Part shown: piece by piece, positions 10,646 to 19,525 of the stretch
Position numbering within the stretch: position 1 is the stretch's first letter
Layout: every line of letters begins with the position of its first letter
From: a virus
Lineage: Duplodnaviria > Caudoviricetes
IMG/VR virus record: IMGVR_UViG_2909633642_000001
Location: 1,559-65,558 of that record
Direction: 5' to 3' (one strand)
DNA length: 64,000 bases
Notes under the pieces: model-generated
Databases searched by the model: none
What the model saw: the letters and a program-made list of their open reading frames with translations, nothing else
What the model was told of the DNA's origin: nothing
Translations under genes and position numbers: made by a program

Positions 10646-11097
10646 AACTCAGGGAACAGCTCACTCACCCCCATCCCGGCTACACGAGCTAAAGCCTGAC
10701 GTTCCCAGTGGGTTGGCGCGTCCTGTTTTCGCAAGATTGAGACCAATCGTGCGTAATCCAGTCCAGACAAACTTGCAAGCGGGGCATAATCAATCCGCCC
10801 CAACTGCCGTAAGTCTTGATACCAGCGGATCAGGGTTTCGGCCACGGTGTGGTACTCAGGGAACGCCTCACCCAATGGCAGATTCAGCGCTGTCGAGACC
10901 GCCCTTTGCAACCGGAGTGAAGGATACTCACGCCCCTTGATCGCCGCATTTAGATGCTGCGGGGTCAGCTTGACCCCACAGGACACAAAAACCGTGTAAC
11001 ACAAATCAATCTGGGTCAAACCCCGTTCCTTGAGGATTGCCTGCAATCGCTCACAAGGGACGGGGTTTTTGGTGGATTGAGGCATGGGATCGACCAA
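10642..11097 (-). CDS. Tandem XRE-type HTH protein
   Basis: Two HTH-like halves, each ending ..FPE; transcribed opposite to the head operon. Confidence 0.7.
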   Translation of the reverse strand: MVDPMPQSTKNPVPCERLQAILKERGLTQIDLCYTVFVSCGVKLTPQHLNAAIKGREYPSLRLQRAVSTALNLPLGEAFPEYHTVAETLIRWYQDLRQLGRIDYAPLASLSGLDYARLVSILRKQDAPTHWERQALARVAGMGVSELFPEF

Positions 11098-11255
11098 ATA
11101 AAGAAAACTCGACAGCCCCTATCTTACTGATTGCCTTTGTGACAAAAGCGCTTTAACCCCATCGCCCCAAGCCCTTGAGGTGATGGCTCTTGGGTGGTTT
11201 AACCCGCAATCTTTGGGGACTCTCCTAGGGTGGGATCAGTAGTTTTGATCGGGCC

Positions 11256-12254
11256 ATGCAAGAGATCGAGGTTTTCGCGGTCGGCAATCACACCGATTCA
11301 GCGGGGCGAGCAAGAGAGTACGTCCCTGCCGAAGTCAGCGAGATTGCTGATCAGGACTTGGCAGCGGCTCCGGTTCCGTTGGTGGCGGGTCACCCTGCTA
11401 CTGACGATCCGGCGTTGGGATGGGTGGAAGCAATCAAGTTGAAAGGCTCAAAACTGTTTGTGTCCTACGACCCAGACAAGCTAGCTCCCGGAATCCGTGA
11501 GTTTTTGTCGGCTCCATTCAAGCCGTTTCGCCGGGTCTCGGTTCGGCTCTGGCATCCCGATCACCCATCGAATCCCAGGCCGGGGAAATGGGGATTGGCC
11601 CATGTTGGGCTGTTGGGTGCAACCGCGCCCGCCATTCCCCTGACTCCAGCCTTTGAGTCTGAAGAAGACTCGCACCTTTACACCTATACCGCCATGCCTG
11701 AAACCCCTACCGTCCCGACTGAAGGCGCGGTGATCGAGCCGACTGAAACGCCGGTCGCACCCGAACCCAAAGCCCCTGACTTTTCCAGTTCTCCCGAGTT
11801 TGCCGCCATGCAGTCTCGCTTGACTGAATTGGAGCGGAAAAATCAGGCGCTGGCCCTGGAAAACGCAGCCACCCAACACCGACTGAAGCTCTCGGAACTC
11901 GAACGGCAATTTGACGCGGCCGCATCGACCCGTCCCGAATTGGTGGCTCACAAGGCAACTCAGCTAGAGTTCTTGGCGGCCCTGTCCAAAATTCAATCGC
12001 CTGAGTTTTCGGCAGGCGGCAAAGACTTGGCGGCATTCCACCTGGACTTTCTCGCATCGGCATTTTCTGAGCATGACCTAACCGCTCCGGTGGTTCCCGC
12101 TGAGGAGCCGGTGGCAATCGCCCCGGATTTCAATGCCCCGCCTGGGATGTCTGTTGACCCTGATGCTTACGCCTTGCACCAAAAAGTGCTGGCTTATGCG
12201 GCTGAAAACAATGTTGACTATGTGACCGCACTGGGCGCGGTAGGGGGCAAGTAA
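11256..12254 (+). CDS. Head maturation protease/scaffold (Mu gpI-like)
   Basis: IEVFAVG.H, PLVAGHP..D.PALGWV, L.HVGLLGA..PAI motifs, followed by a coiled-coil scaffold region. Confidence 0.85.
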   Translation: MQEIEVFAVGNHTDSAGRAREYVPAEVSEIADQDLAAAPVPLVAGHPATDDPALGWVEAIKLKGSKLFVSYDPDKLAPGIREFLSAPFKPFRRVSVRLWHPDHPSNPRPGKWGLAHVGLLGATAPAIPLTPAFESEEDSHLYTYTAMPETPTVPTEGAVIEPTETPVAPEPKAPDFSSSPEFAAMQSRLTELERKNQALALENAATQHRLKLSELERQFDAAASTRPELVAHKATQLEFLAALSKIQSPEFSAGGKDLAAFHLDFLASAFSEHDLTAPVVPAEEPVAIAPDFNAPPGMSVDPDAYALHQKVLAYAAENNVDYVTALGAVGGK

Positions 12255-12664
12255 TGGCTGGAATTTTCCCGGAACAGCATCCCGAAGATGTTTTGACTGT
12301 TGTGGCCACGGAGCCGATCAAGCAATTCACATTTGTGGACGTTCAGTCGGGTCGGGTAGGCACGTCCGCAACTCAGCAGTTAGGGATTGCCCAGCATGAC
12401 GCGCTACCTAGTGAAGCGGTGACGGTGGCGACCGGTGGGCTTTGTGCCGTCCGGGTGCAATCGGGCTTCAACTTTGCCGACGCGGGCGCGGCGGTCGCAC
12501 CCCGGTACAAATTCTCGGGCACGATGGCAGCGCAATTCGTCTCTCCTGGTACGTCCGGGCTGGCTGTAGCTGGTACAGCGGGCGCGTTCCGACTGTCTCA
12601 AAACGAGTGGGCAGCACCCCCATCCGCAACCAATCCTCAGCTCACCAACATCGTTATTTTCTAG
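12254..12664 (+). CDS. Capsid decoration/cement protein
   Basis: Small beta-rich protein between protease and capsid genes (LGIAQHDA..EAVTVATGG). Confidence 0.65.
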   Translation: MAGIFPEQHPEDVLTVVATEPIKQFTFVDVQSGRVGTSATQQLGIAQHDALPSEAVTVATGGLCAVRVQSGFNFADAGAAVAPRYKFSGTMAAQFVSPGTSGLAVAGTAGAFRLSQNEWAAPPSATNPQLTNIVIF

Positions 12665-12676
12665 GACGGGACTGCT

Positions 12677-13669
12677 ATGCCAATGAACCTACGCGACCGC
12701 CGAATCGGGATTGACCCGGTTCTGACCACGATCACCCAAGGATTCAAAAACGCTTCCTTGGTTGGGACGGCAATTTGTCCCATCGTGGAATCGCCAACCC
12801 GCTCGGGCAAGGTGATCAAGTTTGGTAAGGAAGGCTTCGCAACCTACAACACGCTACGTTCCCCACGGGGTACGACTCGACGGATTGAGTGGGGGTATGA
12901 AGCCGACCCTTACGAAATTCCGCAACACAGCCTGGAGCACTTGGCCGATCTCACGGAAATCTCCGAAACCGAATCGCGAGTGGGACTCAACTATGAGCGC
13001 ACGACGATGCTGTCGTTGATGGGCAGTCACGCCTTGGCACTGGAGAAGGAAATCGCAGAGACAGTGGCCGACCCTGCCAACTACGACTCGAACCACAAAA
13101 CCGTTCTCACGGGCAACGACAAATGGTCGGTGGGTGAGGGTGCGAGCCGTTCCCGCCCGTTTCGGCAGGTCAAGGATTGGGCCCAAGAAATCCGCCGATC
13201 TATCGGGACAAAACCCAACACCCTGCTACTTGGCTCCGAAGTTTGGGACGCGCTGGACGATCACGAGGATATCCGTGATCGACTGAAGCACACCTCTTCC
13301 GAAACGCTGACCACCGAAATGCTGGCCCGGATGTGGGGGTTGAGTCAGGTCATCATCGCTGAGGCGGTGCATTTGGATGACGGCGCTGAAAATGCTGAAT
13401 TGACCGATATGGCCTGGGCAAAATCGGCAATCCTGGCATACGTCAATCCCAACGCGATCACGCGCGGCACGGTCAGCTACACACCCTCTGTTGACGTGAG
13501 TCGGGCGGAACCCAGCGCGTTCTATACCTACGTTTTGCAAGGGATGCCGGCCGCCGAAACTCCTTACGAGGTTCGAGACCGAAAGTCTGTCGTCTACGGC
13601 GTGAACTACGACCGTCAGGTTGAAGTGACCGGGATGGGCGCGGCCTTCTTGGCTCAGGAGGTGATTTAA
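12677..13669 (+). CDS. Major capsid protein
   Basis: 330 aa; IDPVLT.I.QG, FGKE.F, D.W......P..QV..W..EI...IG.KPN.LLLG..VW.AL; canonical position. Confidence 0.9.
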   Translation: MPMNLRDRRIGIDPVLTTITQGFKNASLVGTAICPIVESPTRSGKVIKFGKEGFATYNTLRSPRGTTRRIEWGYEADPYEIPQHSLEHLADLTEISETESRVGLNYERTTMLSLMGSHALALEKEIAETVADPANYDSNHKTVLTGNDKWSVGEGASRSRPFRQVKDWAQEIRRSIGTKPNTLLLGSEVWDALDDHEDIRDRLKHTSSETLTTEMLARMWGLSQVIIAEAVHLDDGAENAELTDMAWAKSAILAYVNPNAITRGTVSYTPSVDVSRAEPSAFYTYVLQGMPAAETPYEVRDRKSVVYGVNYDRQVEVTGMGAAFLAQEVI

Positions 13670-13888
13670 GTGCTGTACGAATTGCTCGTATCCGTGACGA
13701 TTGACGGAAAACGGCGGCAACCGGGCGAAATTGTGACCTTGCCTCAAGGGGCTGTCGAAACCTTTATTAATCGGGGTTACGCCAAAGCCGTGCAACCAAC
13801 CCCACCGCCCGACACCCGACCGGAACCACCCAAGCCGGAAACCCCTAAACCCCGTCGCAAGACCGAACCCGAACCGGACGAACCATGA
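13670..13888 (+). CDS. Small virion-associated protein
   Basis: V.IDGKR..PGEIV.LP...VE..I.RGYA motif with a Pro/Lys-rich tail, directly after the capsid gene. Confidence 0.55.
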   Translation: MLYELLVSVTIDGKRRQPGEIVTLPQGAVETFINRGYAKAVQPTPPPDTRPEPPKPETPKPRRKTEPEPDEP

Positions 13889-14790
13889 TCCGCCGCAGCC
13901 TTGTAGTCACTTTTGCCAGCGTCCGCTTAGAGTTGCCTGATCAGTGGCTTTGGAGTCTCAGGGTTTCCGCCCTGACTTCGCAGCTCACGGCCGGCCGTGA
14001 CTACGAATACGACGCTGATGAGGGTGAGGTAAGGACGCTACCGCTTGGACGGGTCAAGCCGCTGTCGATTGTGCTGGCCACCTACTCACCCGCTACAGGG
14101 TTGCCAGTGGTACAGGCTCCAATCGCGATCAATCAAGACGGGGTGGGCTATCTCCCTCAAGGCTTGACCGATCTGATTCTTCAGGCGGCCAGCCCACCGG
14201 ACTTTGATCGAGGCATCGATTACGAAGTCGATTTGCAGCATGGCCTGTTGACTTGGGTGGCGACGGGGCGGATCGATCCTACTGAGTCCGTCCGGGTTTC
14301 CTACCACGCTTTTGGTAAGGCGCACCTGGAAACAGATGCCCCCGATTACTCGGATTACTATGCCACGCCCGATGATTTTGTCCGTACCTACGGATACGAA
14401 GAGACGATCCGGCTCACCCAAAACGGCAACGGCGAAGGGCGGGATTTAAAGACCGAACCTGATTGGGGCAAGTTGGCGGCGCACCTTGAGCAGGCAACGG
14501 CCGTGATCAACTCAGCAGCCGGCCCCTATCTGGAGTGGAACGCGCTCACCACGTCCGAATACGACTCACGCAAATGGATCGCCCTTTCGTTCGCCCGCTA
14601 CCATCTTGACCCTCATCAGGGAGAGGACGTTTGGAAGCAAGCGGATTTAGCCTTATCCCGATTGCGGCAAAAAGGTTCAGAGGGCGGTGGTGTGTTGCCC
14701 CCTGAAAGCGGTACGGGTCTTGACAGCCGGTACATTTCCTACGGTGTCGCGCCGCAAGCCTTTACTCAGGAGCGGTTGCGGCAATGGTGA
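13885..14790 (+). CDS. Head-tail connector (DUF1320/Mu gp36-like) with N-terminal repeat modules
   Basis: C-terminal YYATPDDF...YG.EE.I.LT...L..A...I....IARY.L; N-terminal DYEVD..G repeats. Confidence 0.7.
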   Translation: MIRRSLVVTFASVRLELPDQWLWSLRVSALTSQLTAGRDYEYDADEGEVRTLPLGRVKPLSIVLATYSPATGLPVVQAPIAINQDGVGYLPQGLTDLILQAASPPDFDRGIDYEVDLQHGLLTWVATGRIDPTESVRVSYHAFGKAHLETDAPDYSDYYATPDDFVRTYGYEETIRLTQNGNGEGRDLKTEPDWGKLAAHLEQATAVINSAAGPYLEWNALTTSEYDSRKWIALSFARYHLDPHQGEDVWKQADLALSRLRQKGSEGGGVLPPESGTGLDSRYISYGVAPQAFTQERLRQW

Positions 14791-15425
14791 GTTGGATCGC
14801 GCAACAACGGGCCGCCATCATCGAACGCTTGCGGGTTCCGTTCGAGCCTTACGGGGTTGAGCCCAAAGAGCCAAACCCGTTAGCAGAAGCGGACGTGGCT
14901 AAGGGGAGCTTCAGGGGTTACGCCTGGGTGGGGCTGGAACGGGTGACGTGGCAAGCATCCGAAGGTAGGCCAACCCCAACACAGCGAGGCGAGGCACTTT
15001 GGACAATCGCCATCGGACACACCACGCTCGAATCCTGTGAGTCCCTGGTGACGATCACCCAAGCACGATTGATTGGGCTGCAAATCCCAACGGCACGGGC
15101 CGCCATCGGGTTGGTGCGCTCGGAATACGAGGGAGTTGATCGGGCATCCCGCCGGATTTGGCAGTGGACGGTACAGGTGTCAGTCCCAATTCTGGCTGTT
15201 GCCGACAACACCCCGCTCGAACCCGAACCACTGGCCAAGGCGATCACCTTCACTCAGCTCCCAACCCCTCCGATTCAGTTGGATGCAGGCGGGCGGCCGA
15301 TTGCCCCCGATCCGGCTCCCAGCGACCCGAACGACCCTCAATCGCCACCCCTCAATTCTCACACGCCCAACGCAAATCCCAGCCCACCTCAGCAGCTCAT
15401 CATCCCGAACAAGACAGAGGACTAA
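14784..15425 (+). CDS. Tail completion/terminator protein (gp37-like)
   Basis: Position between connector and sheath; call mainly by synteny. Confidence 0.55.
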   Translation: MVSWIAQQRAAIIERLRVPFEPYGVEPKEPNPLAEADVAKGSFRGYAWVGLERVTWQASEGRPTPTQRGEALWTIAIGHTTLESCESLVTITQARLIGLQIPTARAAIGLVRSEYEGVDRASRRIWQWTVQVSVPILAVADNTPLEPEPLAKAITFTQLPTPPIQLDAGGRPIAPDPAPSDPNDPQSPPLNSHTPNANPSPPQQLIIPNKTED

Positions 15426-15428
15426 GAC

Positions 15429-17495
15429 ATGGCGGCCATTGGCGAATATATTCGTGGCGTTCAATTCGTAGAAATCCCGACCGGCTTGGTTCCGGTGCAA
15501 ATCACCCGCACCAGCACCATCGGGTTCATCGGCACGGCTCCGATCCACAAGCTGGCTGAAGCGGATCGGAAGATAAACGAGCCGGTGTTGATCGCCAACG
15601 ACCGTGACGCGGCCCGGTATTTGGGCCCAGCAATCCCCGGTTACTCACTGCCCTACGACGCAAAGGCTCGGGATGACATGGGCGGTGGGCTGATCATCGC
15701 CATCAACGTGTTCGATCCCGCGATCCACCTGAACGTGGCCACCCAAACCACGGCATTCACAGGCGACGCGCTCACCTTGGTTGGCACGAAACCGGGTGAG
15801 GCAAACATCGACCTGATCAGCCTTGAAGGAACGGCCAACTACTCGGGTTCGTTCCGATTCAAGGGAGCCGACCGAGACACCGTGAGCCGGACGTTTGCCG
15901 GTACACCGGGAACGATCACAATCCCGACCGGGGCAACTCTGGTCTCGATCAAGTCGGGCAATACGGTTTACGAGTTGACCACGGATTACACGGTTGCGGA
16001 CAACGTGATCACGCGCGTGGCCACGGGGGCGATTCCCGCCAATGCAACCGTATCTGTCACCTATGAGGAGGGCGTGGACTCGATCACCTTGCCCCGTCGC
16101 GTGACCAAAGTTTTGGCTCCGACCGCCAACACCTACGACACGGGTGAACCGACTGCCGATGTCCTGTCGGTTGAAGGGTTGAACGGCACGGTTTACACCC
16201 TGACTACCGATTACACCGTGGCCGCTGGTGTGGTCACCCGGGTGGGTGGCGGTGCAATTCCGTCCGGGGCCCGACTGCGGGTGACCTATACCAAAGTGGA
16301 AGTCCAGACTGTCACAAGCCTTGACGGGTTCACGACCTACGCGGAAACGGCTGATTTCACAGTAGAGTCCGGGGTGATTACGCGAGTTCCCACGGGCGGG
16401 ATTCCCGTCAATGGGGCAATTCGGGTGGCGTACTCTGAGCAAAACGTGGTTTTTGAAGAGTCTCGCGACTACGAAATTAATCCGATTGCTGGCACAATCA
16501 CGCGGGTTACGACCGGGTTGCAACAGCGGATTGCGTCCGGGGCAACCGTGACCGTCTCGTATGAATATCCGTCTGAGGTCACGTCAGCCGAAATTATTGG
16601 CGAAACTTTGGAAGACGGGAGCCGCACAGGCATCCAAGCTTGGCTGGGTTCAACGCAACGGCTTGGGTTCCAACCGATGTTGGTTGCCGCGCCGGGATGG
16701 TCAGACCGGATCGAGGTAGCGCAAGCACTTGAGACCTTTGCCGAACGGACGCGGGCGCTTGCGGCAATTGATGCACCCATGGGGCTAACCCCTCAAGAGG
16801 CCCTGGAATCACGGGGCGCGGCTGGCCCGGCTGAAAACTTTTTCACCAGTTCCAAGCGGGTTGTTCCCTGCTATCCCCACGTTGAAACCTTCGATGTGGC
16901 GACCAATGCCCCGCGCCTTGAACCCTACTCGCGTCGTTGGGTGGCGATGGCCAGCGCAACCGATCTGCGGTTCGGGTACTGGTACAGCCCATCGAACAAG
17001 GAACTGAACGGGGTTCAAGGGATGGAGCGGCTGTTGACCTCCATTCACAATGACCCCAACTCAGAGGTCAACCTGCTGACGGGCGCGGGCGTGGCCACGA
17101 TTTACCGGGATTACGCGACCGGGTTCGTGTCTTGGGGCGCATATTCAGCAGGCTATCCAGCGTCGGCTGAAATCGACAATTTGATCTCAGTGCGGCGCAC
17201 CCTTGACGTGATGCAGTTCGCACTGGAGCGGGCTTGTCTGATCTACATTGACCAGCCGATCAACACCGTGATCGTCAACGTGCCATCCACGGTGAACGCA
17301 TTTCTGGATTCCCAGGTTGCCTTGGGCGCAATCGTCTGGGGTCGCTGTTCCTACGACCGGCGGAAAAACCCACCCACTGAGTTAGCCAAGGGGATTCTGC
17401 GATTTGATTACGAGGTGACCCCGATGCCGGGGGCCCAACGGATCATCTTTGAGCAGCGGGTTGATATCACGCGCTTGTCTACTTTGGGAGCGTAG
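15429..17495 (+). CDS. Tail sheath protein with four inserted repeat modules
   Basis: GV..VEIPTG..P......STIGFIGTAP; APGWS; GYWYSPSNK; I.VRRT.D; conserved sheath C-terminus. Confidence 0.93.
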   Translation: MAAIGEYIRGVQFVEIPTGLVPVQITRTSTIGFIGTAPIHKLAEADRKINEPVLIANDRDAARYLGPAIPGYSLPYDAKARDDMGGGLIIAINVFDPAIHLNVATQTTAFTGDALTLVGTKPGEANIDLISLEGTANYSGSFRFKGADRDTVSRTFAGTPGTITIPTGATLVSIKSGNTVYELTTDYTVADNVITRVATGAIPANATVSVTYEEGVDSITLPRRVTKVLAPTANTYDTGEPTADVLSVEGLNGTVYTLTTDYTVAAGVVTRVGGGAIPSGARLRVTYTKVEVQTVTSLDGFTTYAETADFTVESGVITRVPTGGIPVNGAIRVAYSEQNVVFEESRDYEINPIAGTITRVTTGLQQRIASGATVTVSYEYPSEVTSAEIIGETLEDGSRTGIQAWLGSTQRLGFQPMLVAAPGWSDRIEVAQALETFAERTRALAAIDAPMGLTPQEALESRGAAGPAENFFTSSKRVVPCYPHVETFDVATNAPRLEPYSRRWVAMASATDLRFGYWYSPSNKELNGVQGMERLLTSIHNDPNSEVNLLTGAGVATIYRDYATGFVSWGAYSAGYPASAEIDNLISVRRTLDVMQFALERACLIYIDQPINTVIVNVPSTVNAFLDSQVALGAIVWGRCSYDRRKNPPTELAKGILRFDYEVTPMPGAQRIIFEQRVDITRLSTLGA

Positions 17496-17497
17496 TC

Positions 17498-17818
17498 ATG
17501 AGGGGATTTGGTGGGGTCTGGCTTTGTGTGCTGCTATCCGCTTCCGGCGTGATCGACAACAATCCCCGAACGGTCGCAACCTACGCGATTTTGGCAGTGA
17601 CGGGATGGGTGTTACTCCGGGCCCATCAAAAACTTCCAAATGGAATCGTGGTTTGGCAGCACTTTTTGACCGGGACGTTGACCGTGATCGCGCTCTACTC
17701 GCTGCTAACTTCTCAGGGGGTGCAATTTGCTGGCTTTAGCTGGATTGCTGGGTCAGTCCTCACACAAACCATTCACTACTATCACCGATGTCCACGCCCC
17801 CACCCCCACCGGATTTAG
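17498..17818 (+). CDS. Small multi-pass membrane protein (holin candidate)
   Basis: Three to four hydrophobic segments in 106 aa. Confidence 0.45.
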   Translation: MRGFGGVWLCVLLSASGVIDNNPRTVATYAILAVTGWVLLRAHQKLPNGIVVWQHFLTGTLTVIALYSLLTSQGVQFAGFSWIAGSVLTQTIHYYHRCPRPHPHRI

Positions 17819-18321
17819 TCCAGACCATACGAGATTACGCTGCTGAAATTGCGGCGGTGTTTGGGGGGTTGGCCCTGATTGTCGGGAAAGCGGCTGAATG
17901 GCGTGAGCGCGACCGGGCGCAAAAGCGTGAGTTTTGGGATCTGCAAAGCGAGCGCCTAACGACCCGAGAGCAAAACCTGATCCAGCTTGTCCAAACACCC
18001 CTGAACGCCACGATTGATGAACTGCGAAAAGATTTGGATCGAGAGCAATCACGGGTGGCTCGTTTGCAGTCCCAAATCTCAAAGCTGACAGATTTGGCCC
18101 GCGTCAATTTCGAGCGAAAGGAGTTTTACAAACACCGCTACAAAGTGACGGGCGCTCAACTGCTGTCTTCTCTGAGACTTTTGGAACGGGCTAGACCCGG
18201 ACATTTTGAGCGGCAAATTGCCCAGATCGAGTCCGAATTGCAAGGCGATGAAATCTCCCGTTTCAGCCCCCCGCGATTCGATCCAGACCGCCCAACTACT
18301 GAGGATCATGAGCGCCGTTAA
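17788..18321 (+). CDS. Single-TM coiled-coil protein (possible lysis accessory)
   Basis: N-terminal hydrophobic helix then heptad-rich region. Confidence 0.45.
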   Translation: MSTPPPPPDLVQTIRDYAAEIAAVFGGLALIVGKAAEWRERDRAQKREFWDLQSERLTTREQNLIQLVQTPLNATIDELRKDLDREQSRVARLQSQISKLTDLARVNFERKEFYKHRYKVTGAQLLSSLRLLERARPGHFERQIAQIESELQGDEISRFSPPRFDPDRPTTEDHERR

Positions 18322-18370
18322 CCCGGACTCAATCAGCTAAACCGATACCCTATTTTTGGAGGTACACCCC

Positions 18371-18916
18371 ATGTCTCGGATCGGCAAAATTGTACGCGCA
18401 TCGGTGTGGATCGATGGTGAGCTGTTGGATGGGATCGTTGATGAACTGGAGTTGCCAACGCTCGAAACTGAGACCGAAGAGGATGCTTCGCTTGGGTTGA
18501 TTGGCAAGCCGGAATATCGGCTGAAATTTGAACCTCTCGAATGCACGATCACTTGCACGTCCTACCATCCCGCTCTCGACAAGGCATCCCACGATCACAT
18601 CGGAACACACGAAATCATCGCCCGCGCCAATGTTGAAATTTATGAAAACGGGGTTCTGGTAGACGAAAAGCCACAGATTGCGACTTTGCGCGGTCGGTTC
18701 AAGGAAACACCGGGCGGCGATTTGTCGGGCGGTGAATTGGCTGAATGGGAGTACGTGATGAGCGCGGGTTACTATCAGCGGGTCTACGACGGACAGGAAA
18801 TTTTAGCGCTCGATATTGCTGCCAACATTTACCGTGTTGATGGGGTTGATTTGCTCGAACGGATGCGAGCCAACTTGGGAATTGGTGGCGGCAACGTATT
18901 GGGCAACGTGGCGTAA
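18371..18916 (+). CDS. Major tail tube protein (P2 FII-like)
   Basis: G.VDELELP.L, G..E....FE.LEC.I, YY....DG.E...D..ANIY.VDG.D.L...RA.LG; ATG at 18371. Confidence 0.9.
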   Translation: MSRIGKIVRASVWIDGELLDGIVDELELPTLETETEEDASLGLIGKPEYRLKFEPLECTITCTSYHPALDKASHDHIGTHEIIARANVEIYENGVLVDEKPQIATLRGRFKETPGGDLSGGELAEWEYVMSAGYYQRVYDGQEILALDIAANIYRVDGVDLLERMRANLGIGGGNVLGNVA

Positions 18917-18941
18917 TTTGGATTAACAGGAGTCGAGAGAG

Positions 18942-19355
18942 ATGGCTAAGACGGACGCGACGGATCTGGCACTGGCTGAATTGGGTGTGGGAACTTCGGA
19001 ACCGCCCAGTCCCGTGACAAAAGGTCATGTTGTTGACCAGATCGAAAAATGTCTTGACGCATTGGATGAGTTGGCAGATGCCGTAAATCCTGACGTTTTG
19101 GATAGCGGTGACCAAGTGGTGAAACTGCCATCGGGTCGGGTGGCCAAAATTCGAGAAGGCACGATGGCGGATTTGGAAAAGGCTCAACTTTTATCAGGTG
19201 GAAAGCAACAGAAACTCATCCCGTTTCTGATTGCTGAATTGGTGGAAATTGACGGCAAAAAGCTGACTTACGAACAATATCGAGCGCTGCCAATTCGAGA
19301 GGGTTCGGTGCTGATGACGGCTGTTGCGGCTCAGTTTCCCGAGGGGGAATCCTAA
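18942..19355 (+). CDS. Tail assembly chaperone (gpE-like)
   Basis: Lies between tube and tape measure; LP.G..A.IRE....D......Y..L...E motif. Confidence 0.8.
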   Translation: MAKTDATDLALAELGVGTSEPPSPVTKGHVVDQIEKCLDALDELADAVNPDVLDSGDQVVKLPSGRVAKIREGTMADLEKAQLLSGGKQQKLIPFLIAELVEIDGKKLTYEQYRALPIREGSVLMTAVAAQFPEGES

Positions 19356-19525
19356 CCCCGTTGCACGTTTTGGCGTTGCTCGAAGCGGGGTTTACCTACT
19401 CGGAAGTTCGACAGATGACCCACCGAATCGCCCGGTTTTGGTGGGGACATATTCAGCAACTTGATCAGCTAAAACACCGCGCTATCGAAAAGGCAAAAAA
19501 CAAGGCGAGACCCAAGCGTGGCTAG
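19343..19525 (+). CDS. gpE'-like extension in the -1 frame (programmed frameshift candidate)
   Basis: -1 frame from the G-run at 19343-19347 reads GGILTPLHVLALLEAGFTYSEVRQMTHRIARFWW...KRG*, resembling chaperone extensions. Confidence 0.65.
   Translation, partial: GGILTPLHVLALLEAGFTYSEVRQMTHRIARFWWGHIQQLDQLKHRAIEKAKNKARPKRG

Noticed and set aside
17498-18321. Complete lysis cassette
   Set aside because: Only membrane proteins are seen; no endolysin was recognised in the window (it may lie beyond the left edge).
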